The notes below the pieces were generated by a model. That model did no database searches and was not told where the DNA came from. It was given only the letters and a program-made list of their open reading frames with translations. Both the position numbers and the translations under genes were made by a program. From the NCBI GenBank assembly GCA_963765765.1, contig CAVXYC010000020.1:576001-640000 (forward strand): a stretch of 64,000 nucleotides of DNA. The letters are read 5' to 3'. Origin of the DNA: an uncultured Chloroflexia bacterium. Lineage in GTDB: Bacteria > Chloroflexota > UBA6077 > JACCZL01. Positions 31,767 to 40,958 of this stretch are shown here, in pieces; the first letter of the stretch is position 1, and every line of letters begins with the position of its first letter.

Positions 31767-31808
31767 TGACAGCAACCTTGACAGCAACCCAGACGGATGA
31801 CAGCAACC
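31767..31808. repeat. Three direct repeats TGACAGCAACC (integrase arm-type-site-like)
   Basis: Copies start at 31767, 31779 and 31798. Confidence 0.8.
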
Positions 31809-31888
31809 GGTGGCGGACGTTCGTGGAACCAGTCGGCCGAATTTCACTTCGGATTGAATTGTTACGGACGGCCGTGGACGGGTCGAAA

Positions 31889-31914
31889 CGGACTTAAACT
31901 CCGCTGTCCGCGAG
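31889..31914 (+). pseudogene. tRNA-Leu(TAA)-like anticodon/variable-arm fragment (att scar)
   Basis: CGGA-CTTAAAC-TCCGC-TGTCCGCGAG resembles the GCGGA-CTTAAAA-TCCGC arm plus a variable arm. Confidence 0.5.
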
Positions 31915-32139
31915 CGAAATTGGGGCTCGAGTTGCAACGACTACTTCGCACCGAGATCCCACATGGCGACCTCTGCGTTAGCTCACGGGCAGCCACGCAG
32001 TTATGACAGCCAAACCGGTATACGTCAGCGGCCTTACGCGGACATCGGTGAACGAATTAGGGGGATGGTAAGTTCGCCAAGGACGATCGCGGATGTCTGA
32101 CATGTGACGATCGTGGATGTCTGTGGATAGTTCGCCTCG

Positions 32140-32160
32140 GACTCTTAATCAGCCGGGTCG
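32140..32160 (+). pseudogene. tRNA-Lys(CTT)-like anticodon fragment (att scar)
   Basis: GACTCTTAATCAGCCGGGTC matches the typical Lys(CTT) loop and 3' stem; 5' stem absent. Confidence 0.55.
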
Positions 32161-32301
32161 GGAAGCGGGGCCCGCGTGGCCGCCGAGATCCTGACCACAA
32201 TTACAGCGGTTGACCACAGTTCTCAGCGCACCTCCGCGGACACTGGTGCCCTAGTTTGACATCGGTGTGGACCTCCATGGACACCAGTGGACGCCCTTCC
32301 A

Positions 32302-32337
32302 CTGAAATGGGGTTCAGGTGGTTGAGAGGTCGGGTCC
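32302..32337 (+). pseudogene. tRNA-Pro(GGG)-like anticodon/3' fragment (att scar)
   Basis: CTGAA-ATGGGGT-TCAGG-TGGT followed by a degenerate T-arm. Confidence 0.55.
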
Positions 32338-32497
32338 ATCGTAACATGCAGCGAGGCTGCTCAAACTGGAGCCATACTTCGACCGATAGTGAGCCCGGAT
32401 CGCCCGACCACACAGATAGACCGGCTCAACGACTTACATGGGCGTGATGATCGCGCCGCGGGCATTCTCGTCCGCGACTTGCGGCAAGTTACCACCC

Positions 32498-32537
32498 TGA
32501 CAGTAAATTTGACAGTAGACAGGGCGGACTGACAGTA
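32498..32537. repeat. Three direct repeats TGACAGTA (arm-type-site-like)
   Basis: Copies at 32498, 32510 and 32530; the 12/20 spacing mirrors the 12/19 spacing of the 31767 set. Confidence 0.8.
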
Positions 32538-32618
32538 ATGAGGGCGTTACTCCGGTGGACTCCCGCCGTACCGCTCCACGATGCCGGCGGATCAGCATGG
32601 ACGGTTCTGGACACACTC

Positions 32619-32670
32619 GCCGATGTTTCGTAAACAGCAGGCCGTCGGTTCGAGTCCGACCATCGGCTCC
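32619..32670 (+). pseudogene. 3' half of tRNA-Thr(CGT), att core; not a complete tRNA (no D-arm)
   Basis: TGT-TTCGTAA-ACAGC-AGGCC-GTCGG-TTCGAGT-CCGAC-CATCGGC-TCC gives anticodon loop, T-arm and 3' acceptor strand. Confidence 0.85.
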
Positions 32671-32685
32671 GCGATTCTGAGATCA

Positions 32686-32719
32686 AAAAGCCTCCAGCGT
32701 CATTTCGCTGGAGGCTTTT
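32686..32719. terminator. Bidirectional intrinsic terminator-like hairpin
   Basis: AAAAGCCTCCAGCG-TCATTT-CGCTGGAGGCTTTT between the tRNA fragment and the integrase 3' end. Confidence 0.8.
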
Positions 32720-33184
32720 GAATGCTCAAGTGTAGCAACCGACTTCAAGATGCACGGTTCAAGCGCTTAGGGCTGCTCCGATTTGCTCGGCAGCGTCCCG
32801 AGTCATTGATCCCGGAATGTGCGTGTAGACATTTAGAGTGGTTCGAATATCAGCATGGCCGAGAAGCTCCATCGCCATTCGCGCGGGCACACCACGTGCC
32901 GCAAGGAGGAATGCGGCACCATGACGAAGATCATGAAAACACATATGCGCCAAGCCAGCCTTACCCAAGAGTCTCTGGAAGCGCTTGGTGCCGGCTACGC
33001 TATCCAGTGACGCTTCCCTCCGTGTTGTGAATACGTATCCGGAGTCACACCAATTCGCTCCAGCCCACAGGCGGTCCTCCGCCTGGCGGATCTTGTCCTG
33101 CCGCAAGCATCATTGACGAACTGTGAATCGGTATGGAGCGACGGGATTGCCGTGTTTTGGGCGCAACTCGGACAAGCGTTCCCT

Positions 33185-34703
33185 GGGTGCGCCCAAAACT
33201 TGTGACGTTTTTCACCTCTAGGCCGCCTTGGCCCGCTGGGTGGCGTGTTGAGCACAGAGAACGATGAGTGCCTGGCCGCCACGCTCGGACCAGCGGCAGC
33301 CAGAACGCTTCAGCCGCTGCTGAATGACGTGTTTGGCGCTCGATTCCACCGCCCCGGAGCCGATCGGGTACCCGGCGGCGCGATACTCCGGATACCGCAT
33401 GCGCGCGCGATTGGTCTGGAAATAGGCCCGTTCCGTGGCGAGCGTCGCGCGCGCTGCGTCCGTGTCCGGGTCGACATCGCGGAGTCGCTCCAGCAGCGCT
33501 GCCGCCCCTGCCTCATACAGCCCCGTGAGACTTGCCTCGGCCCAGGTCGTCGCCGCGGCCGTGCCGTCGCCGTACACCGCCCGGGCCACCGTCCAGACGT
33601 GCTCTGCGGCGTGGTACCAGTCGACGATCTCGATCCGTTCACCGAACTGCTCCGCGGCGGCGGTCCAGATCCAGCGCGCTCCATCCCCGAGCACCAGCAC
33701 CCGCCGCAGCGTGGCCATGCCCGGCTCCACGCCACTGCCCGCATAGGCGACCTCCTCCAGCCCGCCCCGCCGCGCGACCTCGGCGCCCCAGCGCCCGGCC
33801 CAGTCCACCACCGCGGCGCGGGCCGCGACGTAGCTTGGCGCGGTCACATGCCGCTGGTCGTGCGGCCGGCTCGGATCCCAGCCGCCGACCACGCCGAGCT
33901 TCACCTCATGCCACCCATCCTGATAGCGCACCATGACGCCATCCGTTTCCGCGACCAGCTGATCGGGCGCCGGATCGACCGGTCCGACGGGCGCCTTGGT
34001 GCGTTCGACGATCGCCGCCTCATCCCGCAGCTGCGCGTCGAGGACAGCACCGACCGTTTCCGTGGTGCGGCGCACCGTCTCGGCGCTCACGGCGATACCG
34101 GTCAGCATGGTCAGTTGCTCCGTGGCCGTGTCGAACGGCATCAGCGTGCCCAACGTCACCAGCCACTCCTGGAGGCTGGCGCTCATGCGCTGCTGGGGCT
34201 GCACGCCGAGCGTCTGATCGGTGGGGCTCCAGCTCGCGCGGCAGGCCGGGCACTGGGCCCAGGGTCGCTCCCAGCGCACCGGACCGCAGGTGGTGTGCAT
34301 CTGCCGTACGCGCCAGCCGCGCCGCCGACCCAGCCCGCCACACGCCGGGCAGCGCGGGCGATCGCGACGCATGCCCGGATCGAGCGTCCGCTGGGTCCCT
34401 GTGATCAGTCCACCGACGAGTCGCGGAGCCAGGGCGCGGAGACCGTCGCGGACCACGGTCTCGAGCGCGCCGAGATCCGCGTCACGATGCTCCGCCGCCC
34501 AGGCCGCGAGATCGTGCACGAACGTGTCCAGCGGTGCAACAATGGCGTCGGGAAGGGTCGACCTGTCCATTGCAGGCGTCCTTTCTTGCGCTCTCCGGGA
34601 CGGCTTCCATGTCCCGGAGAGCTTCCGATCAGAATGCCCCGAGCCTAGCCCAGGTCTGCGGTCACCAGCCCACCCGGCCCGTGCACAAGTTTGCGGCGCA
34701 CCC
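33185..34703 (-). mobile_element. Insertion sequence, ISKra4/ISLre2-type, 1519 bp, with 9-bp target duplication GCGTTCCCT
   Basis: Terminal IRs GGGTGCGCCCAAAACTTGTG and GGGTGCGCCGCAAACTTGTG (18/20); DR at 33176-33184 and 34704-34712. Confidence 0.9.
33218..34570 (-). CDS. DDE transposase (ISKra4/ISLre2 family)
   Basis: CPAC..CPAC zinc ribbon, ETDGV, GDGARWIW, DWYHAAEH, IGSGAVESSAK..QRLKRSG.RW. Confidence 0.9.
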   Translation of the reverse strand: MDRSTLPDAIVAPLDTFVHDLAAWAAEHRDADLGALETVVRDGLRALAPRLVGGLITGTQRTLDPGMRRDRPRCPACGGLGRRRGWRVRQMHTTCGPVRWERPWAQCPACRASWSPTDQTLGVQPQQRMSASLQEWLVTLGTLMPFDTATEQLTMLTGIAVSAETVRRTTETVGAVLDAQLRDEAAIVERTKAPVGPVDPAPDQLVAETDGVMVRYQDGWHEVKLGVVGGWDPSRPHDQRHVTAPSYVAARAAVVDWAGRWGAEVARRGGLEEVAYAGSGVEPGMATLRRVLVLGDGARWIWTAAAEQFGERIEIVDWYHAAEHVWTVARAVYGDGTAAATTWAEASLTGLYEAGAAALLERLRDVDPDTDAARATLATERAYFQTNRARMRYPEYRAAGYPIGSGAVESSAKHVIQQRLKRSGCRWSERGGQALIVLCAQHATQRAKAA

Positions 34704-35212
34704 GCGTTCCCTTTACCCGTTGAAGTGAACCAGTGACATGAAGTAGCTTGGCTTGCCGATCGATATCCGACCAGCGGAGGCCTAGCAACTCAACTTGTCG
34801 AAGCCCGAGTGCAAGGGCCAGTACAAAGGCGAATTCGAGGCGGTCACCCGTACTGCGCCAAGAACCGCCCGAGCGTCCTCTTCAGTGATTGCTCGACGTT
34901 CGCCGGCTTCAATCCGAGGCGGATCAGCAAGGGCAGCGACGTTCCGGGTAACCAGCCCCCACCGAAGAGCTCTGTTGAGCGCAATCCTTAACACGGAGCG
35001 CATGTGGGGCACCGTAGGATCACTTAGCCCCTGCACTTGTTTTCGATTCAGCATGGATTGCACGTTCTTACACCTGCTACAAAAGCGACATATGCGACAT
35101 ATCTGAACTGAAACATCGCCCCCGCCATAGCGGCGGGGAGCGGGATGGTGGGATTTTTCTAAGGGATTGACTCCATTCGACTTGCCGAGTACCGTTGACG
35201 CGCAGAGAAGGG

Positions 35213-35690
35213 ATGCGGTGGAATTCCTCGGTCCTGGCGGCTTTTTCGCTCCTGATCATCATGGCAAGCGGTTGCGGGATCACCAGCCCTTCAACACAGC
35301 CCGCAGCGACCCAAGCACCAGCAAAGCCAACTGAAGCTCCGAAACCCGCAGCCGCGGTACCGACACAGGTGCCCAGCACAACCGCCCAAGCCACTCCGTC
35401 AGTGCCTGAGCGTGTCCACGTGGGCAAACACGGACGGCGAGGGTGTCTTTGTGCGCCGTACACCCACCCAGATTGATCGCGTCAAGGCATTCAGCGATGC
35501 CACGGCCTTGGATGTCACAGGGCCGTTGATCCAGGCCGAAGGTATAACGCGGCTGCCTGTGCGAGCCCCGGTTGGGACTGTGGGCTTTCTTCCCGAGCGC
35601 TATACGGCCCGTAACCGCCCCTTCCGCCGCCCGTGGCAGCAGCGACGGCCAATCCGACCACGAAGGGGGACGGGTGCAACGCTTGCGTGA
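35213..35690 (+). CDS. Putative lipoprotein with Pro/Thr linker and SH3-like domain; frameshifted or decayed
   Basis: Lipobox-like MASGC, PTEAPKP linker, then in another frame ANTDGEGVFVRRTP..VRAP.G.VGFLP.RY. Confidence 0.55.
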
Positions 35691-35809
35691 CCTGCCGAAT
35701 GTCGGTTCCAACGCCGCCTTTGGGTCCACCTCCAGTGATAGGCAAGCGTGTGACCGAGGACAAGCTCACGGGGAACAACTTCGGGCCGCTGGATTCACGA
35801 TCAGCCTGG

Positions 35810-36100
35810 CACTTGCGGTGCCTTTCGTGCGGCGGATCCCCTGCCAGGTGGATCGCACCAGCTGGTGACTCCGCGGCGATGCATGGCCGGCGGTCACGTG
35901 GGCCTCGGAGATCGCTGCCAGGCGTCGCTCCAGCGTAGTCGTCCGGTGCTGGCTCGTGTGGGCAGTTAGTTAGTAGGCGACGGTCTCGGCCGTCGCGGGC
36001 AGAGTGGTCCGCCCGTGCTCAGCGCACCAGGTACTGAAATACTGCCAGTCGGAGCGATAGGCCCGCAGCGTGTTCGCGGCCTTGTGCTGGCAATGTAATT
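35810..36100 (-). pseudogene. Remnant of a Cre-like tyrosine recombinase N-terminal domain
   Basis: KAANTLRAYRSDWQYFSTWC..LPATAETVAY*L..TLERRLAAISEAH..GH.SP..VRSTWQGIRRTKG with an in-frame TAA; catalytic domain missing. Confidence 0.8.
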
Positions 36101-36170
36101 TCTCGTCTGCTCGACGCTCACGGCGAGCGCGCCGTCTTCGGTGTGGCGAGCAGCGTCCCGGTCTCATGGT

Positions 36171-36437
36171 TCATGATTCGAGGTCCACCCAGTCGACGGC
36201 CGCGAGGGTGGCTTCGAGATCATCGCCGCGGCCGGTGGTGATGTTGTCACCAGCGCTGGCAATGACACTGTAACGCCGTCCGCTGGGGGCAGTCAGGCCG
36301 GCATCACGCACTTCCACGGTGGCCTCGTAGACCGTGCCGTCTTTTCCCTTGCGGAGGCCGGTAAACGTCTCCACGTGGCTGGCCTCGAAGAATCCGCCCT
36401 TCGCCTTAATCGATTCCAGAACGTCCAGCGTATCCAT
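36171..36437 (-). CDS. Hypothetical protein (88 aa)
   Basis: ATG with AGGGAAG RBS-like sequence; globular-looking composition. Confidence 0.6.
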   Translation of the reverse strand: MDTLDVLESIKAKGGFFEASHVETFTGLRKGKDGTVYEATVEVRDAGLTAPSGRRYSVIASAGDNITTGRGDDLEATLAAVDWVDLES

Positions 36438-36529
36438 AGCTTCCCTACTCTGTAACTAGTGATAACGTTTCCTTATCGTTGGCTACGATAATCGCGCTAG
36501 GCGCATGGGTCAAGCTGCTGTCTGGCGAC

Positions 36530-36712
36530 GGGTGTGCCCAGAACTTGTGCAACCCGTCCGGGCGTGGCAGTGACCCGTGATAGGACTCGCAGTAGTGGTG
36601 GGACAAGGCAACTCGCCTAACCGGTCTCCGCTCTCGCCAGGCAGAACGGACAGGCCAGGTGCCTCTCCGAAGAGTACGGACCGAAGAAATGTCACAGGTT
36701 TTGGGCGCACCC
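36530..36712. mobile_element. 183-bp MITE related to the ISKra4/ISLre2-type element
   Basis: Ends GGGTGTGCCCAGAACTTGTGCA and GTCACAGGTTTTGGGCGCACCC (21/22 to the IS end); flanked by TCTGGCGAC / TCTGGCGAT. Confidence 0.85.
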
Positions 36713-37440
36713 TCTGGCGATGGAAATGGCAGATGATTACCTGTTTGATCCGTTACACCTTAGGCCAGCCATCAAGGAGTCCTGACGACGCGTGGCAGAG
36801 CGCCTGGTCGGCCCATACGATCGCGAGCGCCGACCGCACCTGGATTCCTGGTTCGAGGACCGCATTCAGTTAACCGGGCTCGTCCGGCCGACGTCCGCCG
36901 CGCATGCGCTGTCCCCGGAAGGATTTTCCGCCGCAGCTTGAGGTGGCTGAGCAAGCGCGGAGTACAGCACTGTACAGCGCCCCCAGCCACCAGTCCGTAA
37001 CTGAGGTGCCGGGCCAACTCGCCGACGGCCGGGACGATTCCGACGCCCAGGCCCCCGAGCCCGCGCCGAGCAATGGCAGGATGACGAAGAGCGAGATAGG
37101 CACGAGGCCGAGGCCGTATAGGGCGCCAGTGTAAGGATTGCACTCTCAGAATTCTGGGAAGCGCTTGTACCGATTCCTGCTTTTCGTAATAGGGCGTCAA
37201 GACCGGCAGTAGATCGCGGGGCGGTCACGATTCTGCCTCTGGGTCAGATCCCTGACGAGCTGAGATTATAGCCCGCGGCCACGGCTGGTGGACTCCGCAT
37301 CGTGCCGCCCACCGCCTGGGAGAGAGCAATGACTGGGCGGGGAAGAACAGCCCATGCCGCATTGCTGAGGTCTTCGCATGTAACAGAAACGGTCCGAGCT
37401 GACCTAGGCGAGTACAGAGTCTGAGTCTAGGAGGCATGCG

Positions 37441-38049
37441 ATGCCTAACATCGTCGATAAGCCATTCTTCGATGACGATATTTCTTCCAAAGAAAACAGC
37501 AATTCCCCGCTGAACGACCAGCGATTAGACCCACTGTCGCCGCTCAAGCCTGGAATGCTCGAAAGCGTAGCTCGCCCCAAGGACAACGCCCTGGAACCGA
37601 TCACACGACTCGTCCAGCGCGCCCGGCCGGCCATGAGCCTAGCCATGTTCACAGCGGGACTTGCCACGCTTGTCAGTATCCCCTCGATCGCCCTAGCGGA
37701 CCTGTCCAATAGCGCGACCGTCAACTTTGGCAATCCCAGTGCGCCGGGCATCGACCAGAACTGCATCCAGCGCGACGAGGCGTGTGGGAACGCCTTTCAC
37801 AAGATGGTCCCCGGCGCCGTCACCATCGACGGGCCTGGGACCGTGACCTTCCAGCACATCGGGCGTCACCAACTCGCGGTCTACCAACCTGGCACCAAGC
37901 CGACTGACATTAATATCAAGGAGCTTCGCCCTGTGACGACCAATGCCCCAGTCATCGTGACATTCAGTGAGGCCGGCAAGTACCTGGTGATCTGCAACAT
38001 CGTCGGCCACTGGCAAGACAACATGTGGGGCTGGGTCACGGTCGAATAA
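37441..38049 (+). CDS. Secreted cupredoxin (type-1 copper) domain protein; true start probably downstream (~37633)
   Basis: Signal-like AMFTAGLATLVSIPSIALA; HQLAVY; GKYLVICNIVGHWQDNMWG (C-x4-H-x4-M). Confidence 0.75.
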   Translation: MPNIVDKPFFDDDISSKENSNSPLNDQRLDPLSPLKPGMLESVARPKDNALEPITRLVQRARPAMSLAMFTAGLATLVSIPSIALADLSNSATVNFGNPSAPGIDQNCIQRDEACGNAFHKMVPGAVTIDGPGTVTFQHIGRHQLAVYQPGTKPTDINIKELRPVTTNAPVIVTFSEAGKYLVICNIVGHWQDNMWGWVTVE

Positions 38050-38414
38050 GGCGGTGTGCACCCATCCGATCTGAAGAAAGTCTCGGATGGGTCAACAGAA
38101 TCCGATCTTGTGTTCTGTCATCGCAAGAAGGTTACGCGCCGGTTTTTGATGAGCTCCACAGACAGCGAGCGACCACGATGAGGAGCTGCCGCCTGACGAG
38201 GAGAAGATCCAGGAGGCGGCGAGGCGAACGACAAGTCCAGACCAGCCGGCAGGGGTTCGGGAAACACGCCCCGTTCGATAGCTGAAGGGGCGATTAGCCC
38301 CGGTAGCGCCTGACGAGACAGGGTGCGCGCAGCCCCGCCGCGCTTGATGACGGCGTCCTGCATCGCTTCAATCGTAGACATGCCGCGGCGAAGGAGTCTG
38401 GGGAAGAGACGGCT

Positions 38415-38993
38415 ATGAGGATGTACCACGAGGGGCAGCGGGAGTTGCAGGATCGCTACGGCGGACGTGCCATGGCCGATCGACTCGAAGAGCACCGCAT
38501 GCACCGGGTCTTCACCGACGTCGACCGGGAGATGGTTGAGACGGTGCGCTTCTTCTTCTTTCTCGCCACCGCCTGAGACGGCACGGTGGACTGCTCGATG
38601 AAAGGCGGACTCCCGGAATTCGTTCGGGTAACCGGTCCGAATGAGCTTACATGGCCTGATTACGATGGGAACCGCATGTACCGCAGTCTCGGAAGCATTA
38701 CCAAGATCCCTGCCGTTGGGCTCTTGTTTATCACGTTCGACTCGGCGAGCACACGACTTCGTATAAGCGGGACCGCACCGTCGATGAGAGTGCTGAGGCC
38801 AGCATGGATCCTCCCGGTGCGCAACGGCTCGTACGCGTCACTGCCACGCACATCTTCTACATTGCCCGCGATACACGTGGAAATTGAGCTCATCGAGGAG
38901 TCAGTCCATTCCCCTGGGACCAACTACACGCATCCGGAGCCGGAATGGAAACGACGCGACTATATCCGCGATGTCCTCCACGAATCATCCTGA
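38415..38993 (+). pseudogene. Pyridoxamine 5'-phosphate oxidase-family (FMN-binding) pseudogene
   Basis: MYHEGQRELQDRY..FFFLATA*DG.VDCS.KGG.P.FVRV..PDYDGN..SLG.I...VGLLFI; in-frame TGA plus frameshifts. Confidence 0.75.
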
Positions 38994-39313
38994 ACAATAA
39001 ATCTCGAAGGATTGTCCGTCTTCACGATGAGGGCATCGGTCGCCGCTGCTACCCTAATCCGCGGCGGCCTTCTGCTCCGCCCGGCCTGAACTGCGGTCGG
39101 CGGATCTGTTCACTCTGACCGAGAAAATGGAGGCGTGGATTACGCGCGGGGCCTAACCCACCCGTCGATGGCGAACGCACTCAACCCGCTTCCACGTGCT
39201 GATGCTGATGCACGTTATCTCAATACCACGCCTGTGAAGGCGTCCTCGCCAGCGCTTTCATTTACCTGACATGACCCATTGCGGAGCTGGGCAGCTCGAA
39301 TTTCGATCGCCTG

Positions 39314-40519
39314 CTAACGGCCTGGTAGCTGCACAGGCGGCTGGCGCCGGTCGTCCCCCGTGCTCGCGGGCGAGCGGAAACGCCATAGGCCCCGGTCGGT
39401 CGCGGCGTAGAGATAGAGGCCATCCACGCCGAGCGCCAGGTCCGCGATCTGGGCGAGGCCACGCCCGCCCAGATCGCTCCAGGTCGCGCCGCCGTCTCGG
39501 CTGGCCTGCACCCAGCTGCCGGTGTGGGTCCGACGAAACACCTCGTCGTCGTAGCCATTGAGGCCGACGTACACGAGATCCGGCGCTCCGGCGTCGTACG
39601 CCAGGCCACCTGTGCTGACATTCGGCGCCGGCCCTTGCGGGGACTCGCGACGCGGGAAGCTGAGCACCTCCGTCCAGGCGCGCCCGTCGTCACCGCTGCG
39701 GAAGAGTGCCGCACCGCCGATCCGGACATCGCGATTCGCGGCCAGGAAATAGCGGCCCGGCGCGGTGCCCCGGCCCCCGACGAGCCTCGCGGGGAACGCG
39801 AACTGGGCATCGCCAAAGCTGCTCGCACCGAACACCCCACTCCAGCTGTCGCCCCGGTCCGCGCTGTGCTCAAGCGAGTCGCTGAAGTCGCGGCCGGCGT
39901 AACAGCCGGCGGAGCGGAACACGCGGTTCGGGTCCGCCGGGTGCGGCTCGAGGATGCGCACGCCCCACCCGCAGAGGGTATTGTGATGCTCCTCAAGCTG
40001 TTGCCAGCTCGCCCCCCCATCGTCACTGCGGATGAAGCGGAAATCGGCCGAGATATCCGGGCGAGCCGCCAGGCCCAGATAGAGTACATCACGATCAGCG
40101 GGACTCACCGCGATCGCCCGAGCCGATTCGGTACTCGGGAGCAGGAGTATCCAGGAGGCCGCATCGTCCACGGTGCGATGCAAGCCATCGCTTCCCCAGA
40201 AGTACAGGACGGAGTGGTCGAGGGGGTCCACCGCCACGCGCCAGGCCCGAGTATCGTCCTGCTTCCGTGGCAGCTCCACCGGTCGCCAGGCCGTCCCGCC
40301 ATCGTCGCTCCGCAGGAGGCCGGATGCGATTACGGCGAACAGAGCGCCGCTCGCGGGGGTAAAGAGCTGGAGGACGGGCTCGCTGAGCCCGGTCTGCTCC
40401 CAGTCTCCCTCGGCGTGCGCCGGCACGCCGAGGCTCTCGCCCACATCCAAAGTCAGCACCAATGCGATTACCACCAGCGCCGCTAGCCAGCGCACAACCA
40501 GGAGTCTGCCGACCCTCAT
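39314..40519 (-). CDS. Secreted Asp-box (BNR) beta-propeller protein
   Basis: RBS GGAAGGGGAG, signal peptide ending AHA, six SxDxGxxW-type repeats (RSDDGGTAW, RSDDGGASW, HSADRGDSW, SRDGGATW...). Confidence 0.85.
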   Translation of the reverse strand: MRVGRLLVVRWLAALVVIALVLTLDVGESLGVPAHAEGDWEQTGLSEPVLQLFTPASGALFAVIASGLLRSDDGGTAWRPVELPRKQDDTRAWRVAVDPLDHSVLYFWGSDGLHRTVDDAASWILLLPSTESARAIAVSPADRDVLYLGLAARPDISADFRFIRSDDGGASWQQLEEHHNTLCGWGVRILEPHPADPNRVFRSAGCYAGRDFSDSLEHSADRGDSWSGVFGASSFGDAQFAFPARLVGGRGTAPGRYFLAANRDVRIGGAALFRSGDDGRAWTEVLSFPRRESPQGPAPNVSTGGLAYDAGAPDLVYVGLNGYDDEVFRRTHTGSWVQASRDGGATWSDLGGRGLAQIADLALGVDGLYLYAATDRGLWRFRSPASTGDDRRQPPVQLPGR

Positions 40520-40958
40520 GGGTTGCTCCCCTTCCTGTTCGAGACCGGTTGGCCGCCGGGCGGGTGCAGCCCAGCCGTGACCATGACGATGCGGCACCAA
40601 TCCATGCCGCCAAGCCGCCGGTTCTCCGTACCGTTCTGGTGCCGCCTTGAACTGCGGCACTGCGGTGACCAAAGCCGCGTCTCGGGCGGCCGCTCAGTCA
40701 GGACTCCCTTCACGCGGCACTACCCTCGCTCTCACCCGCGGGCGGGACGGCTCAGGCCTGGAGTCCAAGCCCTACCCGGGGCGACCATCCGGTGCCCCGC
40801 TCCCCCGCGTTCGACTTCATCGTGCGCTTAAAGGTCGGAGCAGTCAATCCCGCGCGGGGGCGGCCCATACGTCTATGGTTGGTACTTGCGAACCCGCCGC
40901 TGTGTAAGCCCCAGTGCGAGACGAGCGGCCGCTCGTAAATCGAGAGATTCTGGCCGAA

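Larger units (their letters stand above)
32759..35063 (-). pseudogene. Tyrosine integrase (ICE/phage type), 5'-truncated, frameshifted and interrupted by an IS
   Basis: VLRIALNRALRWGLVTRNVA; GLRQVELLGLRWSDID; removing IS plus one TSD gives in-frame KGTLVRVAPKTRQSRRSIP; C-terminal FHDLRH, LGHA..TTLNVYTH. Confidence 0.9.

Noticed and set aside
31760-32620. CRISPR array
   Set aside because: Repeats are only 8-11 bp with irregular spacing and there are no cas genes; the layout fits att arm sites.
32619-32670. Functional tRNA-Thr gene
   Set aside because: D-arm and most of the 5' anticodon stem are missing; it ends TCCG rather than CCA.
33245-34648. Long plus-strand 467-aa ORF (similar antisense ORFs at 40886, 56417, 59982, 61958)
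   Set aside because: Shadow ORFs opposite well-supported genes in high-GC DNA, with no motifs.
36772-37230. Small membrane-protein gene
   Set aside because: Hydrophobic stretches are scattered over three frames with no recognisable family or clear start.
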